Positions 1-9,786 of a stretch of 64,000 bases of DNA are shown one piece after another. Below the pieces are notes generated by a model. It saw only the letters and a list, made by a program, of their open reading frames with translations. It did no database searches and had not been told where the DNA came from. The position numbers and the translations under genes were made by a program. This stretch comes from an uncultured Chthonomonadaceae bacterium (GTDB lineage: Bacteria > Armatimonadota > Chthonomonadetes > Chthonomonadales > Chthonomonadaceae). How positions within the stretch are numbered: the stretch's first letter is position 1; each line of letters opens with the position of its first letter. The stretch is taken from NCBI GenBank assembly GCA_963817895.1, contig CAWFQB010000008.1, positions 1 to 64,000 on the forward strand. Direction: 5' to 3'.

Positions 1-2
1 GT

Positions 3-1346
3 TATGAAGACTGGCCGAATGGCGGCGCTTATGAAGACACCGCTTCCTCCTACTTCCTGCAAGTTTGGCCTGATTACTACGTGGCTCAAATTTCGGATGA
101 TGGCAGCTACTCCAATTATCAATTGAGTTACACTCTGAAAGACACTTACAACAGGCCGGCAAGCAGCGGCGTTGTGGAAGTGTATAACTCCGACCTTCAA
201 CTGATCGCGAAGAAAACTCTGAGTCCGCAAGACCTGACGCCGGGAATTCATCAAGTCCCCCTCTCCCTATCCGCCTCGCAAGTAAGCGGCGACAACGAGT
301 TCGTTATACGTCTCCAGGACAATGAAAAAGATGTTGACAAGGAGAGGAGAGTCCGAACCGCGCAGGGAGGAGCGTTGGCGCTGCCGCTCGCCATTAACTT
401 CGACGTCATCAATCTGCCCCAGTATAAAACGCCTCCGGCAAACGGGCAGCCGCCGCCAAAAACCGCGCCCTACGCCAATCCGAACCTGCCTGTCACGCTG
501 CTTCCCAACTCGGATATGCCCGACCCCGCCCAATTCGATTACTCCGGCGCGAAGTGGCAAAAGTATTCCAAGCAGTACCAGATTGATCCGACCAACGCTC
601 AAAACCACACCAACCTGACAGCAAAGCAAGCTATGGATCAACTGCTCAAAGTAAAGCCGAAAATCCTCTCTCTGTTTTCGCACGGTGGGCCGGGAGAGGA
701 CGCCATCTTTCCCGGCATGACATTCTGGAACGGCACAACGGAAGACCCCATTAGCGATGCCAACAAAGAGCATGACTGGTGGAACGATGACAATCAGCGC
801 AACCTGTGGTCGTACTGGGTCGGTGCGCAGAAAAATAGGGACGAGGCTCTCGCGCAAAATCCCATGCTTACCCCATCTCAATTCGTGGTCATCAAGAACC
901 TGGGCACAGGCGTTGCGGATACCAAAGCGCTGAATTTTCTGGACTACGCCTGCTTCATCGGCTGCAACACAGCCACGCAGACAGCGCAGGTCGGCAAAGA
1001 AGCACCCACGCAGGCGGCAGTGGAAAAGGGCGCATACGTCGCTTCCGGCTTTCGGGATGTTATCTATTCGCACGTACTCGGCGCGGACGGCACAGTTATT
1101 ACTCCTAAAACCGAAGAGTGGGCCGCCCGCTTCTGGTACTTCCTTCTCGTTCGCAGGCACACAGTCAAAGATGCCTACGATGCCGCATTTGCTGGTATTG
1201 ATAACCTGATGTACAAAATTGACAACTACGGCAAGATAGCTCCACAAGGCACAGGCTTGGAACTGTTTCGCGTCTTTCACTACGATCCCAACGGCAATTG
1301 GGTCATCGATACTGGACTTAACGTTCACGTCCCCTACTGGCATTAG
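3..1346 (+). CDS. Hypothetical protein, 5'-truncated by the window edge; C-terminal region has His-Gly and Gly-Cys motifs reminiscent of clan CD (caspase/gingipain-like) peptidases
   Basis: Frame open from position 3 to stop at 1346; motifs ILSLFSHGG and YACFIGCNTA. Confidence 0.6.
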   Translation, partial: YEDWPNGGAYEDTASSYFLQVWPDYYVAQISDDGSYSNYQLSYTLKDTYNRPASSGVVEVYNSDLQLIAKKTLSPQDLTPGIHQVPLSLSASQVSGDNEFVIRLQDNEKDVDKERRVRTAQGGALALPLAINFDVINLPQYKTPPANGQPPPKTAPYANPNLPVTLLPNSDMPDPAQFDYSGAKWQKYSKQYQIDPTNAQNHTNLTAKQAMDQLLKVKPKILSLFSHGGPGEDAIFPGMTFWNGTTEDPISDANKEHDWWNDDNQRNLWSYWVGAQKNRDEALAQNPMLTPSQFVVIKNLGTGVADTKALNFLDYACFIGCNTATQTAQVGKEAPTQAAVEKGAYVASGFRDVIYSHVLGADGTVITPKTEEWAARFWYFLLVRRHTVKDAYDAAFAGIDNLMYKIDNYGKIAPQGTGLELFRVFHYDPNGNWVIDTGLNVHVPYWH

Positions 1347-1369
1347 CACTGATAACAAGGAGGTGCATT

Positions 1370-2656
1370 GTGCGTAGTTTATTGAACACACTGGCCTTTA
1401 CTCTGCTTTGCGCAAGCGTTTGTGCGCAAACTAATGGTCCCTCGCCCCTGCCGTCTGCCCGCGAGTTGCAGCAACGACATCTGCTGGCCCCTGAACAGGC
1501 CATGCAGAAGGTGCAGCAATTCATTGGCAACACTGATGCTTCAGTTATGTTGGAGGCATTTCTTGACAGCAACGACATTCGCTATAAGGGTACACATTAC
1601 TTGTACGCAATCAAGCAAGGACCCCGCGCTGGCAAATATGCTGTCAGCGCATTGGATGGACAACTCCTTGCCTACCAACCTGAAAACTATGGGGCGCAAC
1701 CTGCTTCCTACAACGATGCGCCCGTTCTCAGCGTAGCCGAGGCGCAAAATATTGCCGAGCGATTCCTGCGCGTCAACTATCCTGGTTTTGTAAAGGCACA
1801 ATGGGAACTGTTGCCGCTGAAGTACATCGAAAGAAATCTGCCAAGCGCATATTCATTCGGCTACTGTCGCATTGTCAACCCGCAAACAGGGGCGCGGTTC
1901 ACTCTTACTTCCGTTGATATAGAGGTGAACGCAACGGATGGAACCATTCAGCGTTTCGACCGCATGCCTGACTACCCATACAACGGTCCTTCGGTTCCGC
2001 AGGTATCACGCGAACAAGCGATACAAATTGCCGCGCAGTTCGCGCCTTATGATGTCAGCCTTGTGCCATTCGATGAGGTATCGCTACAAATCGAATACAA
2101 TATGTACCAGATACCCTATCTAACCTGGCGCCTTCATCAGAAACCGCCGGTTTTTGATTCACGCTTCAATTCACCAGGCTATATGAGCGTGGATGCCATG
2201 ACAGGCCGCTTCAGCCCAGGACCGGCGGCGTTTGGCGGAGGTGGTTGGGGCAAGCCGAGCAAAGAGGCGGAGCGCTACATCAACAAGAACATCAAGCCAC
2301 TGCCCCCGCCTCCTGCCTTCATCGCCATCCGCAAAGCAGGCGACAAGCCCCTCTTCTCTGGTGACAATATTGTCATGCAAAACGGGCAAGTCTGGCTGCG
2401 GGCGGAATTGCTGCGCGGGTTGGGCGCTGTGGTAAACTCGCAACCAAAAACCCTCCGCATCACGCTGGACAAACACGAACTTACCAACAAAAGCATCGGC
2501 GCAAAATTTCACGACTTCGGTTGGTGGGTTCCCCTTGACAAGACGATGCAGGCTGTTGACTGGCGCATGACGTGGAACGAAAAGACGCGGGAAGCGATTG
2601 TAGAACCCGCCGTTTCGCCCACGCCCCAACCTGCGACGCCGAAACCCGCGCCTTAA
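1370..2656 (+). CDS. Secreted protein with PepSY-like repeats and a C-terminal copper-amine-oxidase-N-like (stalk) domain
   Basis: AGGAGG SD, GTG start, signal peptide; repeats LSVAEAQNIA/VSREQAIQIA with VNATDG/VDAMTG; C-terminal WVPL...WNEKTREAIV. Confidence 0.6.
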   Translation: MRSLLNTLAFTLLCASVCAQTNGPSPLPSARELQQRHLLAPEQAMQKVQQFIGNTDASVMLEAFLDSNDIRYKGTHYLYAIKQGPRAGKYAVSALDGQLLAYQPENYGAQPASYNDAPVLSVAEAQNIAERFLRVNYPGFVKAQWELLPLKYIERNLPSAYSFGYCRIVNPQTGARFTLTSVDIEVNATDGTIQRFDRMPDYPYNGPSVPQVSREQAIQIAAQFAPYDVSLVPFDEVSLQIEYNMYQIPYLTWRLHQKPPVFDSRFNSPGYMSVDAMTGRFSPGPAAFGGGGWGKPSKEAERYINKNIKPLPPPPAFIAIRKAGDKPLFSGDNIVMQNGQVWLRAELLRGLGAVVNSQPKTLRITLDKHELTNKSIGAKFHDFGWWVPLDKTMQAVDWRMTWNEKTREAIVEPAVSPTPQPATPKPAP

Positions 2657-2826
2657 CGCCGTCGCGTGGCCTCAAATTCTGCCGCGTGTTCCTTCTTCGC
2701 GCTCCCGCCCGCGCTGCCGATTTTCACATGGCAAGCGCAGACGGGAGCGCGTTTTCGCATGTAAATGCCTCCCCATCTGTATACGCGCCGGAAATTTTTT
2801 GCTTTATTCCCTATTTTTGCGCGGTT

Positions 2827-2842
2827 TGGCATGAATTATGCA
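2827..2842 (+). promoter_or_regulatory. Putative sigma-54 (-24/-12) promoter upstream of ugd
   Basis: TGGCAT-N5-ATGCA compared with consensus TGGCAC-N5-TTGCW. Confidence 0.45.
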
Positions 2843-3104
2843 ATAGTAACAGGGGAAGCCACAGTAAGCGTAACGGTTTTCTCCCCTGCTCCTCCGTGCC
2901 GCTCGAATGTTTCTGCCGGACTACTTTTGTTATCTATGCGCTTTCCCGCCGGATTCAGTCTAAACCCTTTTGAACGATGTGCCGATAATGCTGCATCAGG
3001 CGCTTCTTTCGCACCCATCAGACTTCCGGCGCTTGCGGCACAGCCGCGCCACTTCTTAATATGTACACGTTCTTGTGTGAAAGAACCTGGAGGATTTTGC
3101 AACA

Positions 3105-4415
3105 ATGAATATCTGTGTGATTGGAACGGGCTATGTGGGTCTGGTGACAGGCTGCGTGTTTGCCGACCTGGGCAACGAAGTGGTGTGCGTGGACAACAAT
3201 CCCGCCAAAGTCGCCATGCTGGAACGGGGCGAAATGCCCATTTACGAGCCGGGGCTGGAAGAGATGGTCAAGCGCAACGTGGATGACAAACGCCTGTTCT
3301 TCACGGGCGATCTGGCTGAAGGCGTGGAACGCTCCGACGTGGTTTTTATCTGCGTGGGTACGCCGCCGATGCCAAACGGCGATCCCGACATGAGCTACGT
3401 GCAGGAAGCCGCCAAAGGCGTTGCCCGCAGCCTGAACCGCTACAAAGTGATCGTCAACAAAAGCACGGTTCCCGTCGGCACGGGCAATATGGTGCGCGAA
3501 ATCATTGAAAACAACCGTCGCCGCAACGTGGATTTCGATGTGGTCAGCAACCCGGAATTCCTGCGCGAAGGCTCGGCCATCAAAGACACGCTGGAACCCG
3601 ACCGCATCGTTATCGGCGCTCCCAATCAGGTGGTGGCGATGAAGATTCTGGAACTCTACGCCCCGCTGGAACGGCCCATGATTATCACGGACGTGGCAAG
3701 CGCGGAGATGATCAAGTACGCCAGCAACGGCTTCCTTGCCACCAAAATCAGTTTCGCCAACTCCATCGCCAACATCTGCGACGCGGTAGGCGCGGACGTG
3801 CTGCAAGTGGTCAAAGGCATGGGCATGGACAGCCGCATTGGCAGCGCGTTTCTCAATCCCGGTCTTGGTTACGGCGGCTCCTGCTTCCCCAAAGACAGCA
3901 GCGCGCTTGTCCGCACGGCGGAAAAAGCGGGCGTGGAGTTCAAACTGCTGCAATCTGTGATTGATGTCAACAAAGATCAGGCTGTTCGGTTCATAGACCG
4001 GTTGCGCGTGGCGATGGGCGGCACATTTGAGGGCAAAACCGTCGGCATTTTAGGACTGGCCTTCAAGCCCAATACCGATGATATGCGCGATGCCAAATCC
4101 GTCGAAATCATCGGCGCATTGCTGGCCGAAGGGGCGGAAGTGCAGGCATACGACCCGATTGCCATTGACAACACCAAGCGCATCTTCCCGCAAATCTGTT
4201 ACGCCAACAACGCCTACGAAGTGGCGACAGACGCAGACGCGCTGGTTATCGTCACCGAATGGAACGAGTTCAAGTTGCTCAACATGGAACGGATCAAGGC
4301 CGCGATGAAGACCCCGCTCCTGTTCGATGGCCGCAATATCTACGACCCGCTCAAACTGCGCCGACTGGGTTTTGAATATCACTGCATCGGGCGCACGACG
4401 GCGGTGTTGAAGTAG
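3105..4415 (+). CDS. ugd: UDP-glucose 6-dehydrogenase
   Basis: GTGYVG Rossmann motif, KSTVPVGT, NPEFLREG, GYGGSCFPKD, GLAFKPNTDDMR. Confidence 0.96.
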   Translation: MNICVIGTGYVGLVTGCVFADLGNEVVCVDNNPAKVAMLERGEMPIYEPGLEEMVKRNVDDKRLFFTGDLAEGVERSDVVFICVGTPPMPNGDPDMSYVQEAAKGVARSLNRYKVIVNKSTVPVGTGNMVREIIENNRRRNVDFDVVSNPEFLREGSAIKDTLEPDRIVIGAPNQVVAMKILELYAPLERPMIITDVASAEMIKYASNGFLATKISFANSIANICDAVGADVLQVVKGMGMDSRIGSAFLNPGLGYGGSCFPKDSSALVRTAEKAGVEFKLLQSVIDVNKDQAVRFIDRLRVAMGGTFEGKTVGILGLAFKPNTDDMRDAKSVEIIGALLAEGAEVQAYDPIAIDNTKRIFPQICYANNAYEVATDADALVIVTEWNEFKLLNMERIKAAMKTPLLFDGRNIYDPLKLRRLGFEYHCIGRTTAVLK

Positions 4416-4550
4416 GTAGATAAGTAGATGGTAGATAGGTAGATAGGTAGGGAAAACCCCTTCCAAGTATCACCTGCTCCCTCTACTACCCATAGCATAA
4501 ATGCAGGCAATAGCTGCTTATCTACCTATCTACCCATCTACCTATCTACC
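4415..4550. repeat. Inverted pair of 8-nt tandem repeats (GTAGATAG)n ... (TATCTACC)n
   Basis: About 4 units at 4415-4450 and 4 complementary units at 4519-4550. Confidence 0.9.
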
Positions 4551-4560
4551 GGAGATTGAC

Positions 4561-5493
4561 ATGTCCTTGCTGGAAAAAATGCGGAAAACCGCGCGGAACG
4601 AAGATTACGACAGGGGAATTCGCCTGTTCGATCAGGGGCAGTATGAGGAAGCGATTGCGGCCTTTGCCCGCGCCCGCGAACAGGGCGGGCGACAGGACCC
4701 GCTTAACGCCAAACTGTCCACGTTCTATACCGGGGAAGCGTATGCCCATCTGGGACATGCGGCTCTGAAACGGGGCGTATGGGCGAGGGCGCAGGAGTGT
4801 TTCGTACGAGCGATTGCCGTGCATCCGCACTACGCCGACCTGTATTATCATCTCGCCGTCGCCCGCAAAGCCCTCGCGGAACGGGAAACCGCGCTGGCCG
4901 CGCTCGGACAGGCGCTGGAAATCAATCCGCATTTCGCCAAAGCGCATTTTCTGGAGGGCGTCCTGCGCTACGAGCAGGGCGAACACGAGCAGGGCATCGC
5001 GTGTCTGCGAAGCGCACTGGATTGTGATCCCGGCTTTTGCACGGAAGCCTTCGCTGCCGGTTTGAATTACCATCAATCTGGGCAGAACCGGGCGGCATTG
5101 CAAGCGTTCGAGCAGGTTTCGCATACCGACGTGGATGATATAATTTTCCACTTCCGGCTCGGCGACGATTACTACAAGCGTGGCCTGTTCACGGATGCGG
5201 TCGAGGAGTACCAGAAGGCGCTGACGCTCAACCCCAATTATGCTGATATACGCAACCATCTGGGCATCGCGTACAGCGCGCAGGGTCTGGCGACGGAAGC
5301 GATTACCGAATTCCAGTACGCGCTGTCCATCAACCCGCGCTACGTGGAAGCTATGCTCAACCTCGCCCTGACCTACGCGGAGCAGGGCCAGAAAACGGAA
5401 GCGCACCGCTTGTTTGCGGAGGTGTTGAAAATAGAAGTGGACAACCCCGTCGCGCAGCAACATTTACGGGCAGGTGTACAACGGGCAGCGTAG
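4561..5493 (+). CDS. Tetratricopeptide repeat protein
   Basis: Multiple TPRs (e.g. YQKALTLNPNYADIRNHLGIAY); GGAG SD before ATG 4561. Confidence 0.9.
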   Translation: MSLLEKMRKTARNEDYDRGIRLFDQGQYEEAIAAFARAREQGGRQDPLNAKLSTFYTGEAYAHLGHAALKRGVWARAQECFVRAIAVHPHYADLYYHLAVARKALAERETALAALGQALEINPHFAKAHFLEGVLRYEQGEHEQGIACLRSALDCDPGFCTEAFAAGLNYHQSGQNRAALQAFEQVSHTDVDDIIFHFRLGDDYYKRGLFTDAVEEYQKALTLNPNYADIRNHLGIAYSAQGLATEAITEFQYALSINPRYVEAMLNLALTYAEQGQKTEAHRLFAEVLKIEVDNPVAQQHLRAGVQRAA

Positions 5494-5520
5494 CGTTTTT
5501 GTCTTGAACCAGGATTTTAC

Positions 5521-5673
5521 ACAACTATTCACCACCAAGACGCCAAGTACACCAAGATAAAACAGGCAGCAAAAGGGACAGAACTGGCGACGTTTTCGTT
5601 TTCTTCTGCAATCTCACAACGTCTTTCGTTGAGTTATCTTGGTGTACTTGGCGTCTTGGTGGTGAATAGTTGT
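5521..5673. repeat. Perfect 40-bp inverted repeat built of ~9-nt CACCAAG-type units, between convergent genes
   Basis: 5521-5560 ACAACTATTCACCACCAAGACGCCAAGTACACCAAGATAA is the reverse complement of 5634-5673. Confidence 0.92.
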
Positions 5674-5679
5674 ATGCGA

Positions 5680-6972
5680 TCAAAGCGTTTCGCGGTTGTG
5701 CATGTAGGGGCGCAGCGCGGCGGGGATTGTCACCGAGCCATCCGCGTTCTGGTAGTTTTCCAACACGCCGATTACGATGCGCGGCAGGGCCAATCCCGAA
5801 CCGTTGAGCGTATGGACAAATTCCGGTTTGGCCTGCGGTTCCGGGCGATAGCGCAGGTTGATGCGCCGCGCCTGAAAATCGCGGAAGTTGGAGCAGGACG
5901 ACACTTCCAGCCACTCGCCGCCCTCGTCGCCCTTGCTTGCGGGCGCGTGTATCTCCACATCGAAGGTTACGGCGGACGAGAACGACAAATCCCCGGTACT
6001 CTGCATCACAATCCGATACGGCAGTTCCAGTCCCCGGCACACATCTTCCGCATTGTCTATCAAGCTTACAAGTTCATCGTCCGAAGTTTGGGGCGTGGTC
6101 AGCTTCACCATTTCCACCTTGTCGAACTGATGCCCCCGCTTGATGCCGCGCACGTCACGGCCCGCCGACATTTTCTCTCGCCGAAAACAGGGCGTATACG
6201 CGACATAGTGGATGGGCAGTTGCGCGGCTTCCAGTATCTCGTCCCGATGCAGGTTCGTAACCGGCACTTCCGCGGTAGGAACCATCCAGAAGTCGTCTTC
6301 AACGTCGTGGTACAGGTTGTCGGCGAACTTGGGCAACTGCCCCGTGCCGTACAAACACTCCTGTTTCACGACAAACGGCGGATAAATTTCCGTGTAGCCG
6401 TGCTTTTCGATGTGCAAATCCAGCATGTAGGTGATCAGCGCGCGCTGCAAAGCCGCTCCCGCGCCCTTCAGCACATAAAAGCGCGACCCGCTGATTTTGA
6501 TGCCGCGCTCGATGTCCAGTATGCCCAATTTCGCGCCGATTTCCCAATGCGGCAGGGGCGTAAAATCGAAGGTTCGCGCGCTGCCTTCCGTCCGCGTCAC
6601 AATGTTGGAATGTTCGTCTGCGCCCTGTGGCACATCGTCGCGGGGAGTATTGGCAAATTCCAGCAGCAAGGTTTGCAGAACCCGTTCCGTATCACTGCGC
6701 CGCGCATCCATCTCGCTAATCTGGTCGCCCACAAGACGCAGTTCCGCCCGTTTCGCGTCCTTAGCCTCCGCGCTCAGGGTTTTCATCTGCGCGCCCATCT
6801 GTTTGGTGGCCGCGTTCAGTTCCGCCTTTTTAATTTCGGCTTCAGTTTTCAAGGCGCGCACCTGCTCATCCAATAGGCGTACCCGCTCCACATCCTCCAC
6901 ATCGCCGCCGCGTTTCGCCACTCCGGCCACAATCCGTTCCGGCTGTTCCCGAAACATGCGTATATCCAGCAT
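5680..6972 (-). CDS. serS: Serine--tRNA ligase
   Basis: MLDIRMFRE start, GTGQLPKF, PTAEVP, R..HQFDKVE, EVSSCSNFRDFQARR, HTLNGSGLA. Confidence 0.97.
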   Translation of the reverse strand: MLDIRMFREQPERIVAGVAKRGGDVEDVERVRLLDEQVRALKTEAEIKKAELNAATKQMGAQMKTLSAEAKDAKRAELRLVGDQISEMDARRSDTERVLQTLLLEFANTPRDDVPQGADEHSNIVTRTEGSARTFDFTPLPHWEIGAKLGILDIERGIKISGSRFYVLKGAGAALQRALITYMLDLHIEKHGYTEIYPPFVVKQECLYGTGQLPKFADNLYHDVEDDFWMVPTAEVPVTNLHRDEILEAAQLPIHYVAYTPCFRREKMSAGRDVRGIKRGHQFDKVEMVKLTTPQTSDDELVSLIDNAEDVCRGLELPYRIVMQSTGDLSFSSAVTFDVEIHAPASKGDEGGEWLEVSSCSNFRDFQARRINLRYRPEPQAKPEFVHTLNGSGLALPRIVIGVLENYQNADGSVTIPAALRPYMHNRETL

Positions 6973-7019
6973 CCGTTTTCTCCTCAATAATCAGTAGCGT
7001 CCACAATCTTTTTTGTGTT

Positions 7020-7085
7020 CTTTTTCGTTTATTTCGCGGTTCCCTCTCCTCTTCTCCTCTTCTCCTTTTCTTCTTTTCTTACTCT
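7020..7085. repeat. Composite repeat (AGGAGAAR)n + AACCGCGAAATAAACGAAAA at the moaC 3' end
   Basis: Same composite at 24667-24740 and 63716-63790. Confidence 0.75.
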
Positions 7086-7631
7086 CCCCGCGTGTAGTCG
7101 CCGGATTTCCCCCCGCTTTTCTGTTCCAGCCGGATGTCGGTGATAACGGCGGCTTTGTCTACGGCTTTCACCATGTCGTAGAGCGTCAGGGCGGCGAGAG
7201 AAACAGCGGTCAGGGCTTCCATTTCCACGCCGGTTTTACCGGTTACAGATACTTCCGCCTCAATTTCTACGCCCGTCATCGGTAACAGTCAGGTCTACGC
7301 GCGCTTTGGTGATGGGCAGAGGATGGCACAGGGGAATCAAATCGCTGGTTCGTTTCGCGGCCAGAATTCCGGCAATCCGCGCTACGCCAAGCGCGTCGCC
7401 TTTGGGAATTTTGTTGTCGCGCAGGAGGGCAACGGTTGCGGGCGTGAGCAGAACCCGCCCTCGCGCAATGGCGCGGCGCGAAGTATCCGATTTGGCGGTC
7501 ACATCTACCATCTGCGCGTGTCCCTGCGCGTCCAGATGCGATAGTTCCGGGTTTGCCTTCAAATTTTCCGTTGGTTTTGGTTTCGCGGTTTTCTGCGTGG
7601 CTTCTTTTGGCAGTTTCTTCATGCGCGTCAT
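7079..7631 (-). CDS. moaC: Cyclic pyranopterin monophosphate synthase MoaC, with one frameshift at about 7272-7274 (probable sequencing error)
   Basis: [40 protein letters not shown] in one [27 protein letters not shown] in the next frame. Confidence 0.92.
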
Positions 7632-7774
7632 TTCCTTTTCAACAGCGGTTTTTCCTGCCCATGTTCCAAACGCGGCATATTGCGCAGCCTGCATCCACTG
7701 AAAACCTTTTGAATCAACTTTCTTGTTGACACTTCTGACAGTTCCAGAGCAGGGATAAGTTACAACGTATGGGG

Positions 7775-7803
7775 TTGACAGTACCTATTCGCCTTGCTAT
7801 AAT
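7775..7803 (+). promoter_or_regulatory. Consensus sigma-70 promoter
   Basis: TTGACA-17 nt-TATAAT with extended -10 TG. Confidence 0.7.
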
Positions 7804-7895
7804 GCAGCATTGTAGTCGGGTTTGAATACAGCAGGCGGAAGGCGCGTTTTTCGTTATTCGTTCCTGCTAAAATTCGAGAAAGAGGGGTATCGCTA

Positions 7896-8825
7896 TTGAC
7901 GGAATTGCAGCAAACTATTGAGGAATTGGTACAGCCTGTGCAGGGGATTATGGGCGTGTGCGTTCGGGATGTGGCAAGCGGGCAGGAGATTGGTGTCCGG
8001 CTTGACGAACCGCTGCCAATGGCGAGCGTATGCAAAATTCCCATTCTGGTAACAGCGTATCGCCGCCATGACGCGGGGAAATTAGATTTAACGGAGCGGG
8101 TTGAAATCACGGAAGCCACGCGCTGCTTCGGAAGCGGGCTGTTCAACGCTTTCGACATGGGCCTGCGCCCCACCGTTCACGACCTGCTGATGATGATGAT
8201 CGTTGTTTCCGACAACGCCGCCACCGACCTGATTTTGGGGCAATTGGACGCGGAGGAGGTGACGCGAACGATGCAGGCGCTGGGGCTGAACCATATACGG
8301 GTACAGCGGACAATCGCGCGTCTGATCGGCGATTACTTTATTGCGCTCCACCCCGGCACGAGTGAAATGAAGTTCGGAGAATGGGACGCTTTTTGCGAAC
8401 GTATTCCCGGCCTGAAAGAGCGCGGCGAAGACCCGGACGCTATCCGCGAAGCCGTCAATAAATCAGCATCGGAACAGGATACATCTACCGTCCGCGACAT
8501 GGCAAACCTATGCGCGCAGATTGTCCGGCACGAGTGCGCCATGCCCGAATCATGCGACGCGATGCTGGACATTCTGAACAAGCAGCAGCTAAACAGCCGC
8601 CTGCCGCGCCATCTGCCGCCCTTCACCAAATTCCCGCACAAGACCGGCACATTGGGCTGCGGGGCTGTTTGCAATGACGCGGGCATTTTGTACCTGAACG
8701 GCGAACCGGCAGCGTCTGTTGCGGTACTCAGCCGCGATGTTCGCAATCTCCAATATGAAACCGAAACCGTCCTCGCCCAATTAGGCCGCGCCGTATACGA
8801 TTTTTACAAAGGCATCAGGCATTAA
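7896..8825 (+). CDS. Serine hydrolase, class A beta-lactamase-like (Beta-lactamase2 family)
   Basis: SxxK (ASVCK), SDN and HKTG motifs; no signal peptide. Confidence 0.85.
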   Translation: MTELQQTIEELVQPVQGIMGVCVRDVASGQEIGVRLDEPLPMASVCKIPILVTAYRRHDAGKLDLTERVEITEATRCFGSGLFNAFDMGLRPTVHDLLMMMIVVSDNAATDLILGQLDAEEVTRTMQALGLNHIRVQRTIARLIGDYFIALHPGTSEMKFGEWDAFCERIPGLKERGEDPDAIREAVNKSASEQDTSTVRDMANLCAQIVRHECAMPESCDAMLDILNKQQLNSRLPRHLPPFTKFPHKTGTLGCGAVCNDAGILYLNGEPAASVAVLSRDVRNLQYETETVLAQLGRAVYDFYKGIRH

Positions 8826-8851
8826 CCCTGTTTACCTGATGGCATATTAAC

Positions 8852-9772
8852 CTAAAAACTGACTTCTTGCGGCAGAAGGGCGTGAACGCCGCGCACATCG
8901 TTGACGATTTGCGTGATGCGCAGGTCTACCACAAGACTTGCAAGAGAAAGCGCTTCCAATCGGGAAAGCCCATGCAGTTCCATCATCAATTCCAGCATGG
9001 CGTTCAGAGCAGTATGCGTGGCCGCGTTCAAATCCCGGTCGAAGCCGAACGTGAGCCAGCCGGCGGGCGTAAGGGCGCGGGGCGCGGTCAGTTTCAGATT
9101 TTCATGCAGCGTAAACGTCAGGTCCACCTGCGCCATTGGACACTCGATAGCGATGCCGCACACTTCCCCATCACCCTGCGCCCCGTGTCCATCCCCGACC
9201 GAAAACAGGCCGCCGGTCACCGCTATCGGCAAAAACAGGCTGCTGCCCGCAACCAGTTCCTTGCAGTCAATGTTGCCGCCCGTGACGCGGGGCGGCGTGG
9301 TGGATTGCAGCCCCGGTTCATCCCCCGGCATCCCCATCACGCCCATAAACGGACGCGACGCGACCGTATGCCCGAACTGATTGCGCCAGCGGTTTTGTTC
9401 CGGTTCCAGAGTCCAGTTGAATCGCAGGTCATCGCCTTCGGCAACGCCGAGCGCGAGATTGGTGGGCGAAGACCAGCCGCCTGCCGCCTGCCAGCCCCAT
9501 GTTCCCGGCTGAATAGCGTCAACATGGATTTCCAGCGTCATTCCCGGCTTCGCGTTCGCAATGGCAATGGGTCCGCACAGCGCGTGGCCGTTATCCATTT
9601 CCGGGTCGCGCGGCTCGAATTTGGCGCGGGGCAGTTCCGGCCCTTCTATCCCCCAGCCCGCATCCAGGGTGCGAAACCGTACCGACTCACCCGATTCAAT
9701 CGTCAGTATGGGCGCGCGATCCCGCAAAAACGCCCCGTGCAGCGTTCGTCGTTCCGGTTCTATGGTATGCAT
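8852..9772 (-). CDS. Acetamidase/formamidase family protein
   Basis: GHALCGPI, GGNIDCKEL, GDGHGAQGDGEVCGIAIE. Confidence 0.9.
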   Translation of the reverse strand: MHTIEPERRTLHGAFLRDRAPILTIESGESVRFRTLDAGWGIEGPELPRAKFEPRDPEMDNGHALCGPIAIANAKPGMTLEIHVDAIQPGTWGWQAAGGWSSPTNLALGVAEGDDLRFNWTLEPEQNRWRNQFGHTVASRPFMGVMGMPGDEPGLQSTTPPRVTGGNIDCKELVAGSSLFLPIAVTGGLFSVGDGHGAQGDGEVCGIAIECPMAQVDLTFTLHENLKLTAPRALTPAGWLTFGFDRDLNAATHTALNAMLELMMELHGLSRLEALSLASLVVDLRITQIVNDVRGVHALLPQEVSF

Positions 9773-9786
9773 GCTTTGTCCGCCTT

